Positions 9,570 through 18,555 of a stretch of DNA of 64,000 bases are shown here, in pieces. This DNA comes from an uncultured Candidatus Saccharibacteria bacterium. GTDB taxonomy: Bacteria; Patescibacteriota; Minisyncoccia; Portnoybacterales; UBA2143. Where the stretch lies: positions 1,448 through 65,447 of the forward strand of contig CAZQLH010000001.1 of assembly GCA_964594155.1 (NCBI GenBank). Direction: 5' to 3'. Numbering within the stretch: the first letter of the stretch is position 1; the number at the start of each line of letters is the position of its first letter. Below the pieces are notes generated by a model that ran no database searches, had not been told where the DNA came from, and saw only the letters and a program-made list of their open reading frames with translations. A program made the translations under genes and the position numbers.

Positions 9570-10529
9570 ATGTCAAAGGTATTTATTACTCGTCAGATTC
9601 CTGAAAAAGGGATTAAAATGTTAAAAGATAAGGGCTGGAATGTTTTAATTGGCCCAGAAGGGAAAATATCTCAAGAAGAGCTATTAAAAGGCGTTAAAGG
9701 AGTTGACGCTATTCTTTCTGTTTTAACAGAAAAGATTAATGGAGAAGTAATGGAGGCAGCTGGCAAGCAATTAAAAATTATTGCTAATTACGCGGTTGGG
9801 TATAATAATATTGATGTTAAAGAGGCAAAAAAGAGAAATATTATAGTGACTAATACCCCTGGCGTTTTAACTGACGCAGTAGCTGATCATGCTGTTGGAT
9901 TGCTTTTTACTATAGCTCAAAGAGTTGTTGAAGCGGATAAATATACCAGGGCAGGCAAGTACAAAGCTTGGGGTCCTAAGCTTTTTTTAGGCGCTGACAT
10001 TACTGGAAAAGTTTTAGGGATTGTTGGTTTTGGCCGAATTGGTTTTGCTGTAGCCCAAAGAATGAAACAGGGTTTTAATATGAAAATTATTTATTATGAT
10101 ATTAATCGCAATGAGGAATTAGAAGAAAAAATAGGGGCAGAATATAAAGAGTTGGATGACTTATTAAAAGAGTCGGATTTTGTCAGTTTGCATACTGCTT
10201 TAACAAAAGAAACCACGCATTTAATTAATTCAGAAAGATTGGCAATAATGAAGCCAACTGCTTGTTTGATCAATACTTCTCGCGGGCCAGTAATTGACGA
10301 AACAGCTTTAATAGAAACCTTAAAAGCTAAAAGGATTGCTGGCGCAGCCTTGGATGTTTTTGAAAAAGAGCCGGAATTAATGCCTGGATTAGCTGATTTG
10401 GAAAATGTTGTTTTAACGCCTCATATTGCTTCAGCTACCAAGGAAACACGCGATAAAATGGCTGAAATGGCAGCTAATAATGTGATTGCTGCCTTAGAAG
10501 GACAAACACCTAATAACGTCATCCGATGA
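9570..10529 (+). CDS. D-isomer-specific 2-hydroxyacid dehydrogenase (glyoxylate/hydroxypyruvate reductase-like)
   Basis: NAD-binding GIVGFGRIGFAVAQR and catalytic-domain conservation. ATG 9570 follows AAGGAG. Confidence 0.85.
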   Translation: MSKVFITRQIPEKGIKMLKDKGWNVLIGPEGKISQEELLKGVKGVDAILSVLTEKINGEVMEAAGKQLKIIANYAVGYNNIDVKEAKKRNIIVTNTPGVLTDAVADHAVGLLFTIAQRVVEADKYTRAGKYKAWGPKLFLGADITGKVLGIVGFGRIGFAVAQRMKQGFNMKIIYYDINRNEELEEKIGAEYKELDDLLKESDFVSLHTALTKETTHLINSERLAIMKPTACLINTSRGPVIDETALIETLKAKRIAGAALDVFEKEPELMPGLADLENVVLTPHIASATKETRDKMAEMAANNVIAALEGQTPNNVIR

Positions 10530-10581
10530 CGTTAATCCAATTAAATTTGCTTTTTAATTAGAAAAGAGTATAATAAATCAT

Positions 10582-11235
10582 ATGAATAAGAAAACATATA
10601 TTTTAGGAGTTATTGCTATAATATTCTTAATAGGAATTGTTTGGTACGCTGATCAAAATAAACAGCCAACAGATAATCAAACAGCTTCAGTTTTAGAAGC
10701 ATCTGATCAAGAACAATCTACAGAATCAATTAAATTGGAATTATCAGAAGAGCTTTTTATAGGCAATCCAGAAGCTCCAGTAACAATAATAGAGTATGCC
10801 AGTCATTTTTGCGGATTCTGCGTTGATTTTCATTTAGATACGCTTCCTTTGCTTGTTGATAGGTACGTTAAAACAAGCAAGGTAAAAGTGGTTTTTCGTT
10901 TGCTTTCTCCTCCAGAATTAAGCATAGCTGTTTTGTGCGCTAATGAACAAGGAGATTTTCAAGAATTCAACACCTTTCTTTACGAAAATATCCAGGATAT
11001 TAAATCACTTGACGATTTGAAAAAAACAGCTAATATTTTAGAGTTAAACCAAGATGATTTTGATCAATGTATTGATTCAGGAAAGTACCAAGAAAAAGCA
11101 GTTAATTGGTTTGATCAGGCAACCAGCGCTGGAGTTGAAGGCACGCCAACCTTTTTTATAAACAATCAAGAAGTTGTTGGCAATCAGCCAGTAGCTATAT
11201 TTGAAGAGATTATTGAGCAAGAGCTTGCTAAATAG
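10582..11235 (+). CDS. DsbA-family thiol:disulfide oxidoreductase (membrane-anchored)
   Basis: N-terminal TM; CGFC (CxxC) active site in a thioredoxin fold. Confidence 0.75.
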   Translation: MNKKTYILGVIAIIFLIGIVWYADQNKQPTDNQTASVLEASDQEQSTESIKLELSEELFIGNPEAPVTIIEYASHFCGFCVDFHLDTLPLLVDRYVKTSKVKVVFRLLSPPELSIAVLCANEQGDFQEFNTFLYENIQDIKSLDDLKKTANILELNQDDFDQCIDSGKYQEKAVNWFDQATSAGVEGTPTFFINNQEVVGNQPVAIFEEIIEQELAK

Positions 11236-11321
11236 TTTTTTTGTTTGATCCCAGTTCTTAAAAAAGTTTATTTTGAAGGACTGGGATTTTTCTATTCTTA
11301 ATTTTATGTTAATATATATCT

Positions 11322-12245
11322 ATGGCTTTGATTATTGAAAAGAAACAAATAAAAGAGTGGTTAATAGAATTAAAGAAAGATTTTAAAGTTGTTAATGTTA
11401 AGAATTCTATTCTGCCGCCCAAGAAATATTTTTTTCCTCCTCAGGAAGATATTTTTGTTTTTGATAAAAAAACAAAAAATCTTGATACTGTAGATTACAA
11501 GAAACAGTTAGTGATTTTTGGCTTAAGCTTGAATAAATTAGAAGGCATTAAGCAATTAGATGAAATAATGAGCAAGCCCCAGCCAGATTTTTTTTACTGG
11601 CAAAGAAGAGAACAGTCAGTTTTAATTGGCTTAACTGATAATTCAGTTGAAGTAACTCCAGCTGGCGACCTTATTTTAGAAAAAATTAATCAAAAGCAAT
11701 ATCAAGCATTGGTTTTAACTGATAAGGGGAAGAAATTAGCTCAAAACAAGTTTTTTAAAGAAAATAAAAATCCAGAGATTAAAAAATATCCTCAAGAAGA
11801 AAATCCAGCTAAAAAAATGCTTTTAGATTCAGAATTATTAGCTGAAGCAGTAGAATGGTCTTGGCAAGTAAATCATAAGATTTGGGATGAGTTGGCTGAA
11901 AAATGCTTAGGTTGCGGTATTTGCACATATGTTTGTCCTCTTTGCCATTGTTTTTCCATAAAAGACAGGGTTAGCTTAGATGATAAGAAGTGCGTTCGCT
12001 GCCGGCAATGGGATGCTTGCACTTTGCCAAGCTTTGCTAAAATTGCTGGCGGGCATAATTTTCATAAAACCATTAAAGAGCGATATTATAATTGGTTTTA
12101 TCATAAATTTGTGCGTGCATATAAGGAATATGGCAAGCCGCAATGCATAGCTTGCGGCAATTGCAAAGAATATTGCCCAGCTAAGATTAAAATAGGAGAA
12201 GTTTTAAAAGAAATAGTTAAGGATTATAAAAAGAAAAAAGAATAA
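11322..12245 (+). CDS. hydB: [NiFe]-hydrogenase group 3b-like beta subunit (4Fe-4S ferredoxin-domain protein)
   Basis: Two ferredoxin-type Cys clusters (CLGCGICTYVCP, CIACGNCKEYCP). First gene of a four-gene hydrogenase operon. Confidence 0.65.
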   Translation: MALIIEKKQIKEWLIELKKDFKVVNVKNSILPPKKYFFPPQEDIFVFDKKTKNLDTVDYKKQLVIFGLSLNKLEGIKQLDEIMSKPQPDFFYWQRREQSVLIGLTDNSVEVTPAGDLILEKINQKQYQALVLTDKGKKLAQNKFFKENKNPEIKKYPQEENPAKKMLLDSELLAEAVEWSWQVNHKIWDELAEKCLGCGICTYVCPLCHCFSIKDRVSLDDKKCVRCRQWDACTLPSFAKIAGGHNFHKTIKERYYNWFYHKFVRAYKEYGKPQCIACGNCKEYCPAKIKIGEVLKEIVKDYKKKKE

Positions 12246-12260
12246 ATTTATTAAACTTAT

Positions 12261-12323
12261 ATTCTAAAATTTATGAGCGCTTTACCCTAAAGGGCTTTGA
12301 CGCGTCTCAGAAATTTCAGAACA
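12261..12323. repeat. structured intergenic repeat, copy 1 (A/T inverted arms flanking GC-rich hairpin core)
   Basis: ATTCTAAAATTT..GCGCTTTACCCTAAAGGGCTTTGACGCG..AAATTTCAGAAC. Near-identical copy 3 below. Confidence 0.7.
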
Positions 12324-12357
12324 CTCGTTTTTATTAATATAAATTTTATTATTAGTT

Positions 12358-13185
12358 ATGAAAAATTTATACAAACCATTTAAAGTTAAAATTGATAAAA
12401 TAGAAAAGCATTCTTCTAATGTTAATCTTTTTAGATTAAAAAAAGAAAAAGGCGATTTTTTAAAAAACGACCAGGGATTATTATTTAATCCAGGCCAGTT
12501 TGTTTTGCCTGGCATTTTTGGCTATGGAGAAGCTCCTTTTGGCCCTGCTTCATCGCCTTATCAAGATTCATATATTGACATCTTAGTTAGAAGAGTTGGA
12601 GTTTTAACTGAGGCCTTGCATAAATTAAAGAAAGGGGATGAAATATTTATGCGCGGTCCTTATGGAAATGGCTTTCCTTTGGATTTTATAAAAGGCCATG
12701 ATATTGTTATGGTGACTGGCGGCTGTGGAATTCCTCCGATCGCTTCTTTAATTGAATATGTTATTAAAAACAAAGATGACTTTGGCCGGGTTTATTTAAT
12801 CTATGGAGCTCGGACTCCGGGTGATTTGTTAATTAAAGACAGAATAAAAATATGGGAAAAAGAAATAAAAGTATTATTAACTGTTGATCAGCCAAGTAAG
12901 GATTGGAAGGGTTCAGTAGGCATGGTTTCAGAATTAATTAATGATATTAAGATTGATCCTAAAAATGCTGTTTCAGCTATGTGCGGGCCAGGGCCAATGA
13001 TGGATGCTTTGGAAAAAATCTTAAGACCCTTGGGGGTTTCTGACAGAAGGATTTTTGTTAATATGGAAAGAAAAATGCAGTGCGGGATAGGCAAGTGCCA
13101 GCATTGCACAACTGGAGATAAATATGTATGCCAAGACGGTCCAGTATTTAATTTTGATGAAATTGATAAAAACTGGGATAAATAG
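12358..13185 (+). CDS. hydG: hydrogenase gamma subunit, FAD/NAD(P)-binding oxidoreductase with C-terminal 2Fe-2S
   Basis: Ferredoxin-NADP reductase-like fold (GGCGIPP); C-terminal CGIGKCQHC..C cluster. Confidence 0.7.
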   Translation: MKNLYKPFKVKIDKIEKHSSNVNLFRLKKEKGDFLKNDQGLLFNPGQFVLPGIFGYGEAPFGPASSPYQDSYIDILVRRVGVLTEALHKLKKGDEIFMRGPYGNGFPLDFIKGHDIVMVTGGCGIPPIASLIEYVIKNKDDFGRVYLIYGARTPGDLLIKDRIKIWEKEIKVLLTVDQPSKDWKGSVGMVSELINDIKIDPKNAVSAMCGPGPMMDALEKILRPLGVSDRRIFVNMERKMQCGIGKCQHCTTGDKYVCQDGPVFNFDEIDKNWDK

Positions 13186-13228
13186 GAAATATTCCGGAAA
13201 TCAAATTTTTAAAATCATTTGTTTTTTT

Positions 13229-13296
13229 TCGCGCATTGAAATTTCTTCGCGCTTTACCTTAAAGGGCTCCGACGCGTCTCAGAAATTTCAAAGCAC
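13229..13296. repeat. structured intergenic repeat, copy 2
   Basis: CATTGAAATTTC..GCGCTTTACCTTAAAGGGCTCCGACGCG..GAAATTTCAAAG; arms form an inverted repeat. Confidence 0.7.
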
Positions 13297-13314
13297 TCAA
13301 TAAAAATAAGTACT

Positions 13315-14064
13315 ATGATTAAACCAAAAGTTGCTATCTATGACTTTACTGATTGTGAAGGATGTGAAGTAGAGATTATTTCTCTTAGAGAAAAGCTTTT
13401 AATATTGGAAAGCAGATTAGATATTGTTGATTGGCGATTAGGCCAGGATAGAAAAGAATCTGGCCCTTTTGATATCACTATTATTGAAGGAACTCCAATA
13501 ACTCAGCATGAAATTGATTTACTTAAGAAATTAAGAAAAGAATCAGAAGTTTTAATTGCTTTGGGCGCTTGCGCTGCTTTGGGCGGTATTCCAGCGATTG
13601 TGGATAAAAAAGAGCGGGCTAAATGGTATAAGAAGATTTATCCTTCGACAAGCTCAGGACAAGCGTATAAGCCAAGGGGAATTGACGCTTTGCCTTTATC
13701 TGCTTATGTTCAAGTTGATTTTTTAATTCATGGCTGTCCAGTCAATGGCAAAGAAGTAGTTAGAATTATTGAAGACTTGTTAGCTGGCAAAGTTCCAAAG
13801 TATCAAGGCTATTCAGTTTGTTTTGAATGCAAACAGGAAAATAATCCTTGTCGGCTATCGGATAGCCGACCTTGCTTGGGTCCGATTACTCAAGGCGGGT
13901 GCCAAGCTATTTGTGTTTCTGGCGGTTCTGCTTGTTATGGCTGTTTTGGCTTGCGCGAAGAACCAGAAATTAAAAATTTATTAAAGATTCTTAATAAGAT
14001 TACAGATAAAAAAGAAATTGAAAGATATTTTACAATGTTTTTGAGTAGAGTAAACAAGAAATAA
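13315..14064 (+). CDS. hydD: [NiFe]-hydrogenase small (delta) subunit
   Basis: NuoB/hydrogenase small-subunit-like Cys pattern (DCEGCE, GACA, HGCP; C-terminal CxxC..C). Confidence 0.75.
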   Translation: MIKPKVAIYDFTDCEGCEVEIISLREKLLILESRLDIVDWRLGQDRKESGPFDITIIEGTPITQHEIDLLKKLRKESEVLIALGACAALGGIPAIVDKKERAKWYKKIYPSTSSGQAYKPRGIDALPLSAYVQVDFLIHGCPVNGKEVVRIIEDLLAGKVPKYQGYSVCFECKQENNPCRLSDSRPCLGPITQGGCQAICVSGGSACYGCFGLREEPEIKNLLKILNKITDKKEIERYFTMFLSRVNKK

Positions 14065-14082
14065 AACAAATAAAAATTTCAT

Positions 14083-14146
14083 ATTCTAAATTTTCTTCGC
14101 GCTTTACCCTAAAGGGCTTTGACGCGTCTCAGAAATTTCAGAATAT
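14083..14146. repeat. structured intergenic repeat, copy 3
   Basis: ATTCTAAATTTT..GCGCTTTACCCTAAAGGGCTTTGACGCG..AAATTTCAGAATA. The core is identical to copy 1. Confidence 0.7.
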
Positions 14147-14161
14147 TCATTTTTTTATACA

Positions 14162-15385
14162 ATGAACAATTTTATTACTAAAATAGAAGGGCATGGGAGT
14201 TTAACTATTGATTGGAAGAAAAATTCCATTGAATTGAATATTCATGAAGGCGAGCGGCTTTTTGAGGGGATGCTGGTTAATCGGACAGCTGAAGAAATGC
14301 ATTGGATTACGCCTCGTATTTGCGGGGTTTGTCCCACAGCACATAATTTAGCTTCTTTAACTGCTTTAGAAGATTCTTTGGATATTAAACCTAATCAAAC
14401 AACTGTTTTATTGCGTGATTTAATGCAGAGCGGGCAAATGATTCAAAGCCATGCTTTGCATCTTTTCTTTTTATCTTTGCCTGATTATTTAGGAATTGAC
14501 CGGGGAACAGAATTAGCTCAAAAGAACCCAGAAGCGTTTAAGAATGCTTTAGCTCTTAAAGAAGTTTCTGATTTGATTGTTCAGGTTGTTGGGGGCCGGA
14601 TTGTTCATCCAACCAAAACAACTATTGGCGGTTTTCATAAAATCCCAAGTATTTTAGCTTTAAAGAAATTGCTTAAGAAATTAGAAAAATCAGAATTGGC
14701 TGCTAAGAATACAATTGAATTGGCAGCTAATATTGAATTTCCAGAATTAAGTGTTGATTTGCAATTAGTTGCTTTGGATAATGATTCAGTAATAGCTGTT
14801 TCTTCAAAGAATATTAAAGGAAGAAAAGAATCATTAATTAAGAATTACAAGCAGGATATTGAAGAAGAAATCAGGGATTATTCAACAGCTAAGTTTGGCA
14901 AGTATAAGGGGGAAGAAATGATGGTGGGTTCTTTGGCTCGTTTAGCTGTTTATGGAAATTATGATAAGAAATATCAAGTAGATTTTGCCAATCCTTTTCA
15001 TAATAATTTGGCCCAGGCAATTGAAATAGGGATTTACCATCAGAAAGCGCAGGAAATTATTAAAAAATTATTAAATATAGAAATAGATAAAAAAGTAATT
15101 CAACCAAGCAAAAACCATTCTTTAAGAGGTGTTGGCGCTATTGAAGCTCCAAGAGGCGGGCTTTATCATGAAGTTCATTTAGCCCCTTCGACAAGCTCAG
15201 GGTTTAATAATCTTATTACTGAAGCTAATATTATTACTCCTACAGTTCAGAATTTAACTTCTATTGAAAAAAGCAGTCAAGCTTTGCTAGAACAAACAAA
15301 AAACCGTTCTAAAGAAGAAATAGAACGATTATTGGTGATGTTAGTTCGGGCTTATGATCCTTGTATTACTTGCTCGGTTCACTAG
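14162..15385 (+). CDS. hydA: [NiFe]-hydrogenase large (alpha) subunit
   Basis: N-terminal RICGVCP (RxCGxC) and C-terminal DPCITCSVH (DPCxxCxxH) Ni-Fe ligand motifs. The protein ends at the His, with no C-terminal extension. Confidence 0.9.
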   Translation: MNNFITKIEGHGSLTIDWKKNSIELNIHEGERLFEGMLVNRTAEEMHWITPRICGVCPTAHNLASLTALEDSLDIKPNQTTVLLRDLMQSGQMIQSHALHLFFLSLPDYLGIDRGTELAQKNPEAFKNALALKEVSDLIVQVVGGRIVHPTKTTIGGFHKIPSILALKKLLKKLEKSELAAKNTIELAANIEFPELSVDLQLVALDNDSVIAVSSKNIKGRKESLIKNYKQDIEEEIRDYSTAKFGKYKGEEMMVGSLARLAVYGNYDKKYQVDFANPFHNNLAQAIEIGIYHQKAQEIIKKLLNIEIDKKVIQPSKNHSLRGVGAIEAPRGGLYHEVHLAPSTSSGFNNLITEANIITPTVQNLTSIEKSSQALLEQTKNRSKEEIERLLVMLVRAYDPCITCSVH

Positions 15386-15596
15386 ATTGATGATGATTAT
15401 TAATCATTTTTAAAATCTTTTTAGCTTCAGCTTTAGGAACTTTATTAATAGCTAATTCATCGTGAATTAGCAAATAGTCGCCAATTTTAACATTTTTAAG
15501 CAAGTTTAAGCTAACCCGGTGTTGGTGATCGCCAGATTCTACCGTAGCCCAATCTTTTTCAATTTTAATTACTTTGCTGGGAATTACTAAACACAT
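15366..15596 (-). CDS. hypC: hydrogenase maturation factor HypC/HupF
   Basis: Starts MCLVIP (the HypC MC[LI][AGV][IV]P signature) and is 76 aa. Its 3' end overlaps hydA convergently by 20 bp. Confidence 0.8.
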   Translation of the reverse strand: MCLVIPSKVIKIEKDWATVESGDHQHRVSLNLLKNVKIGDYLLIHDELAINKVPKAEAKKILKMINNHHQSSEPSK

Positions 15597-15616
15597 AAGT
15601 TAATTGTATTACAATT

Positions 15617-16510
15617 ATGAATAAAAACAAAGGATTATTATTAGTTTTATCAACCGCTGTTATTTCCGGCATATCTGTTTTTATTAACAAGTTCGGAGTT
15701 ATTGTTGTTAACCCATATATTTTTACTGGTTTGAAAAATATTATTGTTGCTCTATTAATAGTAACTTGGCTTTTAATGATGAAGGATTGGAAGATTTTGA
15801 AAAAGCTTCAGAAAAATCAATGGTTAATGCTTTTAGGAATCGGATTGATTGGCGGCTCTGTCCCATTTTTACTTTTTTTTAAAGGACTTTCTATAACTAG
15901 CGGAGTTCAGGCGGCTTTTATTCATAAAACAATGTTTATCTATATCATTGTTTTAGCAGCTGTTTTTTTGAAAGAAAAGATCAGCAGGAATTTTTTAATA
16001 GCTGGCCTTGGTTTGTTTTTAGCTAATATTCTTTTATTAAAATCAGTTCAAAGTAATTTTACATGGGGCGATCTTCTTATTTTATCAGCTACTCTTTTTT
16101 GGGCTTTGGAAAATGTTTTAAGCAAATATTTGCTTAGAGATTTATCTGCTCGGATAGTTATTTGGGGGAGAATGTTTTTTGGCTCTTTTTTTATTATTCT
16201 ATTTTGGCTGATTACTGGCCAAGCGCATTTAATTAATTCATTGAATTTAGAGCAGATAGGATGGGTAATGATTACATCTGTTTTCCTTTTTGGCTATGTA
16301 GCTGCTTGGTATCATGGATTGAAATATATTAAGGTTTCTGAAGCAGCTGTTGTTTTGTTATTAGCCAGTCCAATAACAACGTTTTTATCTTTAATATTCT
16401 TAAATCAAGCTTTGTTAATTAATCAGTTTTTTGGTATAATATTAGCTCTATTGTCAATCCTAATTATTTATTCTTCTTATGCTCAAAACAAATCAATTAG
16501 CGCAGTTTGA
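15617..16510 (+). CDS. EamA/DMT-family transporter
   Basis: 10 predicted TM helices in two EamA-like halves. Confidence 0.7.
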   Translation: MNKNKGLLLVLSTAVISGISVFINKFGVIVVNPYIFTGLKNIIVALLIVTWLLMMKDWKILKKLQKNQWLMLLGIGLIGGSVPFLLFFKGLSITSGVQAAFIHKTMFIYIIVLAAVFLKEKISRNFLIAGLGLFLANILLLKSVQSNFTWGDLLILSATLFWALENVLSKYLLRDLSARIVIWGRMFFGSFFIILFWLITGQAHLINSLNLEQIGWVMITSVFLFGYVAAWYHGLKYIKVSEAAVVLLLASPITTFLSLIFLNQALLINQFFGIILALLSILIIYSSYAQNKSISAV

Positions 16511-17240
16511 TTCCAAAGGAATCATTAGATGCGCGCGATATGGCTTTATGCCTAATCATTTGAGTTTTTGCGGGCCAGATAAGAATAAAGACCTTTTTCA
16601 TTATTGCCATAGCCAGAAAACAGATCAGGGATTAAAACAGATTTTAGAAGATTTTCAAACGCTTTATCCTTATTTAAAATTCATTGCTCAATATAATAGG
16701 ATTAAGGATCCTTTTAGAGAAGAAGTGGTAGAGGCCTATTGGATTGGCAATTCTCTTTTAGAAAATATTACTAAATCGCAGCTATATAGCCATTTAGTAG
16801 ATAATTTTCAAGTTAAAAGGAAATTAAGCAAGCCATTGGTAAGAAGATTGAATAAAAAGATTGTTTTAGGAGCTAAAGCTCATCATAATTTTCATGTTTT
16901 GAGCGTTTGGAAGCAAGCTGATAAAATTGATTCATTGCAAATTTTATCCAGTATGGATCTTTGCCGAATTAGCTGGGGCAAGGTTAAGAAAGTTAATCAG
17001 GCAGATTTAAAAGTGGAATATCAGCCATTGGTTTTAAAGAACAATAAATTGAGTTTAGGCAAGCCAATTTTAGAGAAAATAAATTACAGGATTGAAGATA
17101 AGGGATTTATTAAAAAACCAAAAAAAGGAAATTGGATTTCAATGCATTGGGGATTTGCCTGTGAAGTGTTAAATGACTGGCAAGTTGCTAATTTGAAAAA
17201 ATATACTTTGGAAAATATTGATTTAGCTAATTTGAGTTAA
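16479..17240 (+). CDS. hypothetical protein
   Basis: ORF only, no recognised motif. Start uncertain (alternative ATG ~16548). Confidence 0.4.
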   Translation: MLKTNQLAQFDSKGIIRCARYGFMPNHLSFCGPDKNKDLFHYCHSQKTDQGLKQILEDFQTLYPYLKFIAQYNRIKDPFREEVVEAYWIGNSLLENITKSQLYSHLVDNFQVKRKLSKPLVRRLNKKIVLGAKAHHNFHVLSVWKQADKIDSLQILSSMDLCRISWGKVKKVNQADLKVEYQPLVLKNNKLSLGKPILEKINYRIEDKGFIKKPKKGNWISMHWGFACEVLNDWQVANLKKYTLENIDLANLS

Positions 17241-17246
17241 AAAAAT

Positions 17247-18161
17247 ATGTATGATTTAATAATTATTGGAGGAGGGCCAGCTGCAGTTAGCGCTGGCATT
17301 TACGCAGCTAGGAAAAAACTTAAAACTATTTTAATTACTAAAGATTGGGGCGGCCAAGTGGCTTTAGCGCCTGAAATAGAGAATTACCCTGGATTTAATT
17401 CAATTACTGGAGCAGAATTGGTCAAGAAATTTGTTGAACATTTAAAAAAGAATGAATTAGAGATAAAAGAAGGAGTTGAAATCAAAGATATTAAAGTAAA
17501 TAATAATTTAGTTGAAGTAAAAGCTAATAGTGATTCTTATCAAGCTAAGGCCGCTGTTGTAACAACAGGGCGAAATCCTCGCAAGTTAGGATTGCCTAAT
17601 GAAGCAAAATTTCTTGGCAAGGGAATTAGTTATTGTTCAACTTGCGACGCGCCTCTTTTTAAAGATAAAGAAGTAGCTGTTATTGGCGGAGGAAATATGG
17701 GATTAGGCACAGCTTTAGATCTTGTTACTTATGCTTCTAAGATATATATTTTAGAATATGATTCTAAAATAAGGGCTGATCAATATTTTCAAGAAAAAGT
17801 TAAAAAAAATGATAAAATAGAAGTTATTACTAGCGCTAGAATTGCTGAAATTAAAGGAGATCAATTTGTCAGCAGCTTATCTTATAGTAATGGAACCGGA
17901 GGCAAGAATAAGGAATTGTTAGTTCAAGGCATTTTTGTAGCTATTGGTTCAGATGCTAGTTCATTTTTAGTTAAAAATGTGGTAGAATTAAATAAAGAGG
18001 GTGAAATAAAGATTGACTCTAGAAACAGAACTTCTCAGCCAAATATTTTTGCCGCTGGAGATGTAACTGATATTTCTCATAAGCAAATTGTTATTGCCGC
18101 TGGAGAGGGAGCTAAAGCAGCTTTAAATGCTTATGATTATTTGCAAAGTTTAAATCAATAA
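17247..18161 (+). CDS. trxB: thioredoxin-disulfide reductase
   Basis: FAD motif GGGPAA; redox-active CSTCD (cf. CATCD); NADPH motif GGGNMG. Confidence 0.85.
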   Translation: MYDLIIIGGGPAAVSAGIYAARKKLKTILITKDWGGQVALAPEIENYPGFNSITGAELVKKFVEHLKKNELEIKEGVEIKDIKVNNNLVEVKANSDSYQAKAAVVTTGRNPRKLGLPNEAKFLGKGISYCSTCDAPLFKDKEVAVIGGGNMGLGTALDLVTYASKIYILEYDSKIRADQYFQEKVKKNDKIEVITSARIAEIKGDQFVSSLSYSNGTGGKNKELLVQGIFVAIGSDASSFLVKNVVELNKEGEIKIDSRNRTSQPNIFAAGDVTDISHKQIVIAAGEGAKAALNAYDYLQSLNQ

Positions 18162-18192
18162 AGATATCAAGGTACGGCCTATAACTAATAAT

Positions 18193-18262
18193 ATTCTAAA
18201 ATTTTTAAGCGCTTTATCCCGCTGAAGCGGGAGCCCTACACGCATTAAAAATTTCAGAATAT
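18193..18262. repeat. structured intergenic repeat, copy 4 (variant core)
   Basis: ATTCTAAAATTT..GCGCTTTATCCCGCTGAAGCGGGAGCC..AAATTTCAGAATATT. Same arms as copies 1-3 with a different GC hairpin (CCCGC-TGAA-GCGGG). Confidence 0.65.
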
Positions 18263-18295
18263 TATTAATAGGCGCGGTCTTAGATAACAAATATT

Positions 18296-18550
18296 ATGAC
18301 AGATAAAAAACAGCCAAGTATCCGTGTTTATAGCACGTTAACTTGTCCATATTGCGTTACTCTTAAAGCTTTTTTAGATGAAAAAGGCTTTAAGTACGAA
18401 GATATTAATGTGGGTGAAGATCAAAAAGCAGCTGATGAAATGATAAAAAAATCAGGCCAAATGGGGGTTCCAGTAGTGGATATAGACGACCAAATTATTA
18501 TTGGATTTGACAAAGAAAAAATTAGCCAATTACTTAATATTAAGGAATAA
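18296..18550 (+). CDS. glutaredoxin-like protein (NrdH/Grx family)
   Basis: 84 aa with a CPYC active site. Confidence 0.8.
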   Translation: MTDKKQPSIRVYSTLTCPYCVTLKAFLDEKGFKYEDINVGEDQKAADEMIKKSGQMGVPVVDIDDQIIIGFDKEKISQLLNIKE

Positions 18551-18555
18551 AATAT

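Noticed and set aside
16479-17240. Possible hydrogenase-maturation role for the 253-aa hypothetical protein downstream of hypC and the EamA transporter
   Set aside because: No HypD/E/F-like motifs (no CxxC nucleotide-binding or carbamoyltransferase signatures). Proximity alone is insufficient.
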